A program made the position numbers and the translations under genes. 64,000 nt of DNA from an uncultured Acidimicrobiales bacterium (GTDB lineage Bacteria > Actinomycetota > Acidimicrobiia > Acidimicrobiales > SZUA-35): contig CAVRSZ010000008.1 of the NCBI GenBank assembly GCA_963723995.1, positions 462,555 to 526,554 on the forward strand, read 5' to 3'. Positions within the stretch are counted from its first letter, which is position 1. Each line of letters begins with the position of its first letter. Under the pieces are notes generated by a model. The model had not been told where the DNA came from and searched no databases. It was given only the letters and a program-made list of their open reading frames with translations. Shown here one piece after another: positions 1 to 7,886 of the stretch.

Positions 1-147
1 TCGGTCCCATCGAGAGCACGCCAGGCGTTGACGGCCGCCAAACCGGCGGCGACGAGATACGCCACGACCGTGAGCCATCCGACGAAGGTAGGGTCGCCGA
101 TGCCGAAGTCGAAATTGACCTCACGGATTGTGTCGATCAGGTTCATG
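1..147 (-). CDS. N-terminal part of a membrane protein; the gene continues beyond the window start
   Basis: ATG at 147 on the minus strand. Translation MNLIDTIREVNFDFGIGDPTFVGWLTVVAYLVAAGLAAVNAW has a hydrophobic helix and G/C-rich third positions. It is absent from the ORF track because it has no stop in the window. Confidence 0.4.
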
Positions 148-420
148 GGAACCAGTACAGGTTGCACGAGGATCGCACGCGAGCCAACGCCGAAACGGGG
201 ATTAGCCGGCCTCTTGTTGTAACTTGAGGTGGTTCCGGGGTCTTGGCCAGACTCTGGGCCGGGGTTCCTCTCACGCTGGGGTTTGGAGCGGCAGACTCCG
301 ACTGCCACCGGCGCTGCCATCACAGATGGCACGCGAGCGAACAGGCCGTCACGGGACAACACGGCGATAGCTCAAACCAGCCAAATTCAGCGGTTCTTGA
401 TGCTCCCTGGACAAACGTCC

Positions 421-467
421 CTGGGCTTTTGATCCATTGGTCCTGGGTTCGATTCCCAGCGGGGGTA
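421..467 (+). other. tRNA 3'-end-like fragment (T-arm plus acceptor strand) without a complete cloverleaf
   Basis: CTGGG-TTCGATT-CCCAG T-arm at 443-459, followed by CGGGGGT-A. No matching 5' acceptor strand or D-arm could be folded upstream. Confidence 0.4.
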
Positions 468-613
468 CGAGCACGGACGGCAGAGCGGGTCCAACTGGCG
501 TTGGCTGAAACGTCCCTGGCTGCCAGCTCCGTGTTCGAGTTCTGCCCCACTCGGTGTACGTATGAGCTGCGGAGCAGCTTCTGGCCACGGCTGACAGCGA
601 CGATTGAGACCAC

Positions 614-885
614 GAAGCGTGCGCCGGCTGCCCGAGTCCCATCCCCGACCGCTGGTCGCCAGTCCGCTTGTCGTGGCCGAGGCCGGCTGGCTGATTCGCC
701 GCCAGCTGGATGCCCGGGGCGGAGTCCATGTTGTATGAACCGATTGCAGGCGGCGACATCGCCGTCGGACATCTGACTGCGGCCGATTGGCAACGAGTGG
801 CGGAGTTGACCATCAACAACGCCGTCCTTCGCTTGGATGCTGCTGCCGACGCATCCATAGTGGTGTTGGCGGAACGGTTCTCGGC
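614..885 (+). pseudogene. degraded PIN-domain (VapC-like) toxin remnant, frameshifted and 3'-truncated
   Basis: Two frames join to give ...HPRPLVASPLVVAEAGWLIRRQLDAR / MLYEPIAGGDIAVGHLTAADWQRVAELTINNAVLRLDAAADASIVVLAERF. This is the typical central and C-terminal PIN pattern (..vvaE..yl... / DAs.vaLAER). No intact N-terminus or C-terminus is present. Confidence 0.35.
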
Positions 886-1305
886 CAAGCACTGGCCTGG
901 GGCCTACAAGGCGAACCGCGCCGCAAGCCCGATCATCCCAAGGCCGGGTAGCCATATTGACCTCCCCGGTAGAGCGATGACGACCCACACCAGTAAGAGG
1001 AAAGGATCAGCGCTGCAGTGTTCGGAAACCGCCGCGCCCCATTTCTGATCGCCCGAAACTCTGAGCCCAGATCGAAAGCCGTCGCCCCATTGGCAAGTCC
1101 TCCAACTGCCTACCCCCCCTAGGTTGCGATGAGCAACCGCGAGAGTCGAAATCTTGCAGGGACGCAACTGGCGCCGGACGACGCGCTGATAGCCCGACTG
1201 ATACCCATCACGTTCTAGCCGGTGCCAACGCTGCTTGGCGCCTAGGGGCAGATTCACCGCTGGATCAGGGCTTTGCGGCTCCCGCCGGCCACATAGTCCG
1301 GGCTA

Positions 1306-1356
1306 GGAAAGCGTGTGAAGGGAGACCTTCCGTGGGTTCGAATCCCACCTCCTCCG
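1306..1356 (+). other. partial tRNA-Ser(GGA) 3' half (att-like remnant), copy 1
   Basis: GGAAA-GCGTG (anticodon-loop end plus 3' anticodon stem), a long variable arm GAAGG-GAGA-CCTTC, T-arm GTGGG-TTCGAAT-CCCAC and acceptor CTCCTCC-G. The 5' half is absent. Confidence 0.6.
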
Positions 1357-1751
1357 CGCCGGTCGTCCGGAGGACGACCTAACCGAGTTGCTCGCTTCGC
1401 TCACAACGTCGCTGGCTGTCCGCCAGTTGTCGGGGTTCGGACTTTGTGGCATGAGGTTTGCGCCGGTCGTCCGGAGGACGACCTAACCGAGTTGCTCGCT
1501 TCGCTCACAACGTCGCTGGCTGTCCGCCAGTTGTCGGGGTTCGGACTTTGTGGCACGAGGTTTGCGCCGGTCGTCCGGAGGACGACCTAACCGAGTTGCT
1601 CGCTTCGCTCACAACGTCGCTGGCTGTACGCCAGTTGTCGGGGTTCGGACTTTGTGGCACGAGGTTTGCGCCGGTCGTCCGGAGGACGACCTAACCGAGT
1701 TGCTCGCTTCGCTCACAACGTCGCTGGCTGTACGCCAGTTGTCGGGGTTCG
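1357..1751. repeat. tandem repeat, 104-bp unit, about 3.8 copies
   Basis: Unit starts at 1357, 1461, 1565 and 1669 (exact 104-bp spacing), with only 1-2 substitutions per copy. Each unit holds a perfect hairpin GGTCGTCC-GGA-GGACGACC and a second hairpin CTGGC-TGT(C/A)C-GCCAG. Confidence 0.95.
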
Positions 1752-1818
1752 AACCCCTTCTTCTCCGCTGCGAGACGTGGCAATGTATCTCGTTCGAACC
1801 CAGCTGTCTGATTGGAGT

Positions 1819-2220
1819 TCAGAAGGCTTGGATCTGCACCTGGGGATGATCAGCTGATAGCTCGGTCAGATCCTCTGGGTCTCCAGTCAGGATGAGTGCG
1901 TCTCCCAGGCGGATCGCGATGGCGACAAGAAGGGCATCGATCGTCGAGGTCGATCCAACAGCTCCGAGCAGTGCGCCAGCCAATCGCCCATCGTGTTCGA
2001 TCACCGGCACTACTTCGCCAACGGCCTTGACGATCCGGTTGACAGGAGCGTCAGTGGCCTTGCCGCGAACTGTTTCAGCGAGCACCACTGAAGGAATGCA
2101 CGCGTCGACTCCGGCCTCCCATGCGGCTGTCAACACGGCACGGGGCCTGGCGTCATTGCGGGACAGCGCGATGATCGCCCCACTATCGAGGATGAGTCGA
2201 CTCGGCGCTAGTTTCGCCAA
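1819..2220 (-). CDS. vapC: PIN-domain ribonuclease toxin VapC
   Basis: 133 aa. It has the LILDSGAII N-terminal acidic motif and the ...DALLVAIAIRLGDALILTGDPEDL C-terminal PIN pattern. It overlaps the upstream antitoxin gene by 13 nt. Confidence 0.8.
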   Translation of the reverse strand: MAKLAPSRLILDSGAIIALSRNDARPRAVLTAAWEAGVDACIPSVVLAETVRGKATDAPVNRIVKAVGEVVPVIEHDGRLAGALLGAVGSTSTIDALLVAIAIRLGDALILTGDPEDLTELSADHPQVQIQAF

Positions 2221-2426
2221 AGTTCTCGGGCGGCATCGAGGAGCTCGGCAGGGACGGGGCCAGCTTCAGCATCCATTGAGTCGAGCAGGTCCCGCAGGCG
2301 ATCGTGCTGGAGCTGGCGGCGAAGCGCAGTCGACACATAGGATGAAAGCTCGCGCTTACCAACGCGACTTCGTGCTTCTTCGAGCGCCTTCTCGTCCAGG
2401 CTCAGTGACACTTTGGCTACGGTCAT
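2208..2426 (-). CDS. vapB: ribbon-helix-helix type antitoxin VapB
   Basis: 72 aa; MTVAKVSLSLDEKALEEARS... has an RHH-like N-terminus. It lies immediately upstream of, and overlapping, the PIN gene. Confidence 0.7.
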   Translation of the reverse strand: MTVAKVSLSLDEKALEEARSRVGKRELSSYVSTALRRQLQHDRLRDLLDSMDAEAGPVPAELLDAARELWRN

Positions 2427-2433
2427 ATCTTTA

Positions 2434-2450
2434 TCCTACTTTGAGTAGGA
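2434..2450. promoter_or_regulatory. palindromic operator candidate of vapBC-1
   Basis: TCCTACT-TTG-AGTAGGA, perfect 7-bp arms, 8 nt upstream of the vapB start. A near-identical palindrome precedes the second vapBC operon. Confidence 0.6.
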
Positions 2451-2665
2451 ATAGCTGGCAAGTGAAGCGTGCCTCAGTGGGGACATGGGACGATCAGACG
2501 ACGCCGAACGAGGCGACCACGACGGAGTCTGCCAAATCCTCGAACGAGTCCGGCAGTGGATGGACGCCCTCCCATACCCTGATAATCCCGGCAACCCACT
2601 CCAAGACAGCCTCAGATCCTCCAAATTGAGCGCTTCACAGCACTGACTGCGCAACAGATCCAGAC

Positions 2666-2715
2666 TTGGAAAGCGTGTGAAAGGAGACCTTCCGTGGGTT
2701 CGAATCCCACCTCCT
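2666..2715 (+). other. partial tRNA-Ser(GGA) 3' half (att-like remnant), copy 2
   Basis: TTGGAAA-GCGTG-T-GAAAGGAGACCTTC-C-GTGGGTTCGAATCCCAC-CTCCT. It is nearly identical to 1306-1356, with one substitution in the variable arm and a divergent acceptor end. No 5' half is present. Confidence 0.6.
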
Positions 2716-2963
2716 TAGCGTCGTATGGTGGTTCGGGACATGTGCAACGCATGGTTCGCGCCATCTGCAAGGGTGACGGGCATGCTCGGGAGGCATGTCG
2801 ATGGCAGCTGCTCCCAAGCCGATTGGCAGACCGATGCTGACGCAACCGTGTTCCGCCCAGGCAGTGCGGGCTTCGGCTCCGAACGACGACCTCGTCTCTG
2901 ATCGAGTTCCCGGTCTTGCCAGCAGTCAACATCTGTATATATATGAGGGTGATGTGATACATA

Positions 2964-3314
2964 CTGAGGTGGTGGACCAAGCGACTCGTTGACATCGATG
3001 ATGCCCTCTTGGAGCGGGCACGAACTGCCTGTGATGAACGATCCATCAAAGCGACGGTTGAGGCTGGCTTGAAGGCGCTCGCCGACAGGGCTGCTGGAGT
3101 CGACCACATCCGAGTTCTGAGACAACTACGACCGGATCGCAGCCGTAACCGGCCGGCCGACCACCTGGGTGGCCGACCGCGGCTCCCTGCCACATTGAAC
3201 CACCAGGAACGTTCCTCGCCTGTTGTCGGCGCTATGACTCCGAACGCCGTGGCACCAGGTCTCCAAATCCGGGAGAGAATGCGATTCCGCCGCCGGCCGG
3301 CTAGATGTTGCTGA
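2964..3314 (+). pseudogene. orphan VapB-family antitoxin-like gene (KRLVDIDDALLERA type); start and end uncertain, no cognate toxin
   Basis: Translation ..TKRLVDIDDALLERARTACDERSIKATVEAGLKALADRAAG..IRVLRQL matches the common DIDDxLLxxA antitoxin pattern. There is no canonical start codon, the C-terminal half is Arg/Pro-rich read-through, and an AT-rich promoter-like stretch lies at 2925-2965. Confidence 0.4.
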
Positions 3315-3714
3315 TTTGTATGTTTGGGTACGCTGCAGCCAGCTGTTCAAGATCCGCAACGTCGGAAGTCAAGATCACGCCTCCTCCGGTTTCGACGGCC
3401 GCTGCCACCGCATGAGCGTCGGCCAGAAGGTCAGATCCGGCGCCGGCTGCGACCAGCACTCCGCCTACGAGACGAGCGAAGGCGCGGTCGGTGTCACGCA
3501 AGACCACGCCTGTCTCTCGGCCCAACATCGCATCGACGATCTGACTTCGGTTTCTGCCTCTGTACAACTCCGCCAAGGTCACGCAGGTCACCACGACGTC
3601 GCGCCCAAGCCGTTCGGCCGCCGTCAGAGCGGCGCGGACATGGTTGAAGCCCGTGGAGTTTGGATCGCCAAGTGCCGAGACGGCTTCGGCGTCGAGTACG
3701 AGTCGAGGGCTCAA
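3301..3714 (-). CDS. vapC: PIN-domain ribonuclease toxin VapC (paralog 2)
   Basis: 137 aa; LVLDAEAVSAL... and ...DAHAVAAAVETGGGVILTSDVADL. It has a 4-nt overlap with the upstream antitoxin gene. Confidence 0.8.
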   Translation of the reverse strand: MSPRLVLDAEAVSALGDPNSTGFNHVRAALTAAERLGRDVVVTCVTLAELYRGRNRSQIVDAMLGRETGVVLRDTDRAFARLVGGVLVAAGAGSDLLADAHAVAAAVETGGGVILTSDVADLEQLAAAYPNIQISNI

Positions 3715-3938
3715 CGTAGGAGTTCGGAGTACTGTTCGATGAGTTGTTCATCGACAGGGCCGTGCAGCTCATCCAACTTCGCCAGCATTTCGCCCAGCGC
3801 TCGCTGTCGACGCCGCCGTACAAGTTCGTTGCGTATGGCTTCGTTGACCTGGGCGGACACCGCTTCCTCGCTGGCTTCCAGTTCGTCCACCAGGTCGGCG
3901 TCAAGCGAGACAGAAACCTTGCGTTTCGTCGTGGTCAC
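3711..3938 (-). CDS. vapB: RHH-type antitoxin VapB (paralog 2)
   Basis: 75 aa; MTTTKRKVSVSLDADLVDELE..., the same architecture as 2208-2426. Confidence 0.7.
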   Translation of the reverse strand: MTTTKRKVSVSLDADLVDELEASEEAVSAQVNEAIRNELVRRRRQRALGEMLAKLDELHGPVDEQLIEQYSELLR

Positions 3939-3945
3939 ACCGCTA

Positions 3946-3961
3946 TCCTACTTGGGTAGGA
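3946..3961. promoter_or_regulatory. palindromic operator candidate of vapBC-2
   Basis: TCCTAC-TTGG-GTAGGA, 8 nt upstream of the vapB-2 start. It has the same half-site as 2434-2450. Confidence 0.55.
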
Positions 3962-3990
3962 GTGAACGGTCAACAGGGGTTCGTACGTAG

Positions 3991-5157
3991 TCAACTGCTA
4001 CGAACCAGACGGATCGGTGAGTACCAGGTCGGGTCGCATCGGTCACCGATCCAGCCGGTGCGGTAACGAATCAAGGCCGTCAACGGAACGTGATGCCTTC
4101 GGGGAGGTGGACGGTCGGCGTCCTGGCCGTAGTCCTCATCGAGCCAGCGGGTGGTCTTCTCGGTGGCGTAGTTGAACCACAGATTGGCCCCGTCGACGGC
4201 CTCGATGATGGTCTCGATGCACATGTTGTCGGGGTGGTCGAAGTAGCTGCCGTTGGTCGAGATGAGGAAGTTGGTGCAATCGAGCCGGTCGAGAAGAGCC
4301 GTGCTGAGATTCCCGATGCTGCCGTGGTGGGCCAGCTTGAGAGCTTGGATCTTCAGCCGCTTCCCCGGCCCCGGGTAGTGGTTGAGTGACGTCACCAGCA
4401 CGTCATGGTGGGCATCACCGGCCAACAGAACCTTGCGGCGACCCACCTCGAGAACAAAGGCGATACTCGACCCGTTGGCCAGCGATCGATCGGGTGTGTC
4501 ATCGGTCCGCTCCTCGCCGTCACCGAGCAGATCGAGTTTTTCGTCAAATGGCCGCAGTCGCTTGTCCTTGGCCAACCGTTTGAGCGCCTCGTCGACATCG
4601 CCGGTGGTGTAGCCTTCGTCGGCGATCACGGAACTCCAGTTCTCCAGCAAGGCGACCAGTTTCACCTTGTTGGGGGACAGCACCCGCACCTTGGCCCCAC
4701 TGGGCAACGTGACCGGCTTGTCGGGCCGGGCCAGGATCGGGCCGCCGTCGAACGCCCGGTTCCAGGGGAGCCCCTTCTTGGTGATCAACGCCTGGAGGTA
4801 CTCGCCCTGTTTGGCTCCGAGGGCATCGGCCCCCATCACCTGATTCATCTGCTCGGTGCCGTTGAACCACACGTCGTTGAATTCGATGCCCAATGAGGGC
4901 AGATCCTCCTGCAGCAGTCGGATGACCCCGTCGATATGGTCGGCGTCGATGTGGGTGATGACCAGCGCCTCGAAGACCCGATCGTCGGCCGGCAGCTGCA
5001 ACAGGCGACGCATCAGGTTGTCGTAGGTGTAGAAGGGACCACCGTCGATCAGCATCCGGGCCGGGGCGTGGCCTTTCTTTCCGTAACGCACCAAAATTCC
5101 ATCGCCGTGTCCGGCCGGCAGCATCTCGATGGTTATGAAATCCTTGGGCGTCACCAT
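3991..5157 (-). CDS. metallo-beta-lactamase-fold hydrolase, third gene of the patatin-CHAT-MBL cassette
   Basis: Motifs ITHIDADHIDG, LLAGDAHHD and LAHHGS. The ATG at 5157 follows the upstream stop by 8 nt (or overlaps the alternative-frame stop). The last ~35 codons have poor GC3, and an alternative frame ends at ~4080, so the 3' end is uncertain. Confidence 0.75.
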   Translation of the reverse strand: MVTPKDFITIEMLPAGHGDGILVRYGKKGHAPARMLIDGGPFYTYDNLMRRLLQLPADDRVFEALVITHIDADHIDGVIRLLQEDLPSLGIEFNDVWFNGTEQMNQVMGADALGAKQGEYLQALITKKGLPWNRAFDGGPILARPDKPVTLPSGAKVRVLSPNKVKLVALLENWSSVIADEGYTTGDVDEALKRLAKDKRLRPFDEKLDLLGDGEERTDDTPDRSLANGSSIAFVLEVGRRKVLLAGDAHHDVLVTSLNHYPGPGKRLKIQALKLAHHGSIGNLSTALLDRLDCTNFLISTNGSYFDHPDNMCIETIIEAVDGANLWFNYATEKTTRWLDEDYGQDADRPPPRRHHVPLTALIRYRTGWIGDRCDPTWYSPIRLVRSS

Positions 5158-5164
5158 GGAGTGC

Positions 5165-7886
5165 TCAGTGCTCCAGTGCGTAGGTTCCATCGGAATAGGT
5201 CGTAACCAGAAGGCCGGTCACCCAGCCCTCGGCCATGGAGGTTCGCCGGGCCGCCAAGACCGCTTCGCCCACCGTCTTCGGGCCATCGGGACTGGCCAGC
5301 AACGCCGCTATCTGTCCGGCAATCGGTGCGGCGAACCGACCCAGGGTCGCCCCCACCGTGCCGATGACCACCGATGCTCCATGAGCGATGAAGGCGTCGA
5401 CGAACGAGTTGAGCTCGGTCTGGTTCGAAGCCGTGCTGCAGCCAAGGACCACCAGGATCGGGCCCGGTGGATCGGTGGCGAACGGTTGACGGACGAACGG
5501 GGTTCTGACGTTTCGTCGGCTGAGAAGGTCGGCCTGGCCGAGTTCGAGGTCGGTTCCTTCGGTATGTGTCAACAGGATGAGCACCTGGGGTGGTGCCTCG
5601 CTGTTGCCGACTCCTGCTCTCCAGTCGTTCCATTGCCGGACCGCCGGCGCCAGGTGCGGAACGACCGCCGAGATCCGCTCGTTCATGACCGAACGTCGGT
5701 TTGCGCCGGCCGAGCTTCGCCTTGTCAACCCGGTCGGACACGCCGATCAGCAACCGGTCGAGGCCACCGATTCCCTCGTCGGGATCGTGGACCCTATTGT
5801 GGATGACCGCAGGAAAGCCGTCGTCGTCTCGTTGCTGGTTGATCCGTTCGATTTCTTTGCGGATGCCCCAGAACCCGGCGGGACAGACCGGTACCTGATC
5901 GGGCACGATTCTGGTGGGATCGTACGGTTGGCACACACCGCAGTTCCCGGTGGCGAGAGCCTGATCGAAGTCGTCACACCAGGCAGCCTTGCCGGCGGGG
6001 GCATCTCGATCGTAGACGAGTTCGATCATGAGGCGGCTGTCCACTCGATCGAACAACGCCAGATGGACCGACGGGGCATTGATGATGGCCTGAAATCGTT
6101 CGCTGTCGTCGAGGGCCATCGATCCGATCAACGCCTGGAAGGCGTCGAATCCGGATCCGGCGATGTCGGTGAAGGTCCTGGCCCCTTTCGACGACTTCAA
6201 CCATGTGGCGCTGGCGGCATCGGATTGGGCCGCCACCAGTTTGGCCAGGGCCTGGGCGAAGTGATCGGCCAGACCGACGATCTCCATCGTTCCGAGTTCC
6301 CGGCGGAACAGGTGATTGACGCCGGCATCCTGTTCGAGGATCATCACCCGATCATCGGCTGTGATCCCCTGATCGATCAGCTTCGCCAGATCGACCAGTT
6401 CGGGTCCGACCACGAAGCGGATATCAACGGCGTCGGTTCGCCGAGGCCTTCCACCGTTGGGGGTGACGGCACCCTTGATGACGCCGCTCTGGATCACCCG
6501 ACCACCGATCACCAGCGCAACATTGAGGGTGAGCTCCTTGATCCGCTGGGGCACGTCGATGTCGAAACCGGCGGTCTCCGACAACTGGCTGGCCCCCACC
6601 TTCACCGTCCGGTTCATCATGGGTATGTCGTCGGCCCAGAGCAGGATGTCGGCCTCGGTAACGTTGACGAGATGCTCTCGATCGATGAGGGCCGGGTCTC
6701 CGGCCGGCGTCTCCGCACGCAGAAACCCGGTGGACCCGTCGCCGATCCAGATGTGGACCGTATGGCGCCTGCCGGCGGCAAAGGCGTGTTTCACCGCCTC
6801 CGGCTCGTCACGGAAGATGGCGGCCTGCAGCATGCGTCGAGCGTCCGGCTCAGGCAACAAGTCGATGCCGAGCTCGTTGTTGAGTCGCATGTTGCGAACG
6901 ATGTGGGCGCCGTAGGACTCCCGGTCGAATCGCTCCGAGGGGACCTCGGGAGCGAGGATGTCGGGAATGGCGTCAGTGTCGCGGACCGGCGGTCGTGGGC
7001 CGCGGGTAGGTCGGGCGGCAGACCTCAGGTGTCGCTCGTAGGACCCCCGCATCTGATCGATGACGTTGCCCAAGGGGGCCTCAAAGGCCGCAGTTCCACC
7101 GATGACAATCCCAGTGCCGGTCGATTTGCCCATGGCGACGTCGATCGGGTTCTTGTGGCTCAATTCCTCGACGAGACGTTCGAACCATCGGGCCAAGGGC
7201 CGGCCGCCGGCGACGTGGGGGAGCAAGAGAGCCGCCGCTCCGGCCCATTCCGCCAATTGGCCGGCCCGCTGGACGAAGTCGTCATCGAGCTTGTCACCGA
7301 CCAGGACCAGAGCGTTGACACGGAGTCCGCGGCTGTGCAGCAAGGCCTCGGCGTCGGCCACCGAGGCCAGGAACACGACGTCGAGAACAGTTCCGAGGTC
7401 AATCGAGTCAAGTGGGAGGAATTCGACCAGATCATCCATCCAGCTTCGATGATCTTCGGTCACGAGGTAGCGGACGAGGTCGGCCCCGACGGTGTCGGAC
7501 ACCCACGAAACCTGAAGGGGCCAACGCCACTTGGACTCGTCGGCCAGGTCCCGGTCGACCAGCATGATCGATCCGATGGACGACGCGCCACGCAACCGGC
7601 GGGCCAACTCGACGGTCTTGCGCGACGGCGCATCGTCCTCCACCATCACCCGATGGGTGGCCCAGGAGAAGCGTTCGATGTGCTTGCGCCACGCCCGTCG
7701 ATATCTCTCCGGGTTGCGTGTGACCGCAGTCGTATCGATCGATGTCACGTCGAGGGTTGACCAGCCGGGCTCACCGGTATGGCTGATGGCGCTCATCTCG
7801 TCCGGCCCCCACGAGTGTGACGAGGCCAGCGAGGCTCCGGCCAAAGCCTCGCCGTCAGGTAGTTCTTCGAACGTGGTCGTGGTCAT
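5165..7886 (-). CDS. large (~900 aa) protein with a C-terminal CHAT-type caspase-like protease domain and an uncharacterised N-terminal ~600 aa; frame disrupted near 5687-5725
   Basis: The 911-aa ORF is protein-like down to ...LLIGVSDRVDKAKLGRRKPTF and then turns Arg/Gly-rich junk. The 187-aa ORF in another frame continues with NERISAVVPHL...VLILLTHTEG...ILVVLGCSTA...AHGASVVIGT, the His/Cys dyad pattern of CHAT domains. Confidence 0.65.

Noticed and set aside
229-476. tmRNA or a complete tRNA ending in the T-arm at 443-467
   Set aside because: The 3' acceptor strand CGGGGGT has no complementary 5' strand upstream. No D-arm or anticodon arm folds with proper spacing, and no tag-ORF-like segment is evident. 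I kept it only as a tRNA-end fragment.
904-1257. 117-aa minus-strand ORF as a possible integrase or transposase remnant next to the tRNA fragments
   Set aside because: It has no recombinase motifs (no R..H..R..Y pattern, no DDE), its composition is poor, and it has no credible start context.
1357-1751. Possible CRISPR array
   Set aside because: The units are contiguous 104-bp repeats with no unique spacers. The period is far longer than CRISPR repeats, and no cas genes are present in the window.
1315-1857. Four overlapping ORFs of 67-99 aa with near-identical sequences (..RRSSGGRPNRVARFAHNVAGC..)
   Set aside because: They are translations of the 104-bp tandem repeat. The identical peptides arise from the repeat period and there is no independent coding signal.
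5151-5690. C-terminal 180 aa of the 911-aa ORF (Arg/Gly/Pro-rich, ..RSRQQRGTTPGAHPVDTYRRNRPRTRPGRPSQ..)
   Set aside because: This is out-of-frame read-through after a frame break. The overlapping 187-aa frame has the real CHAT-like sequence and better GC3.
5577-7760. 727-aa plus-strand ORF antisense to the CHAT-type gene, and similar long antisense or off-frame ORFs (for example 9765-10754, 11138-12199, 13978-15576, 20636-21814, 33729-34814, 61117-62700)
   Set aside because: Their composition is Arg/Gly/Pro/His-rich and low in complexity, they carry no motifs, and each fully overlaps a gene with clear family signatures. They are typical stop-poor shadow frames of high-GC DNA.
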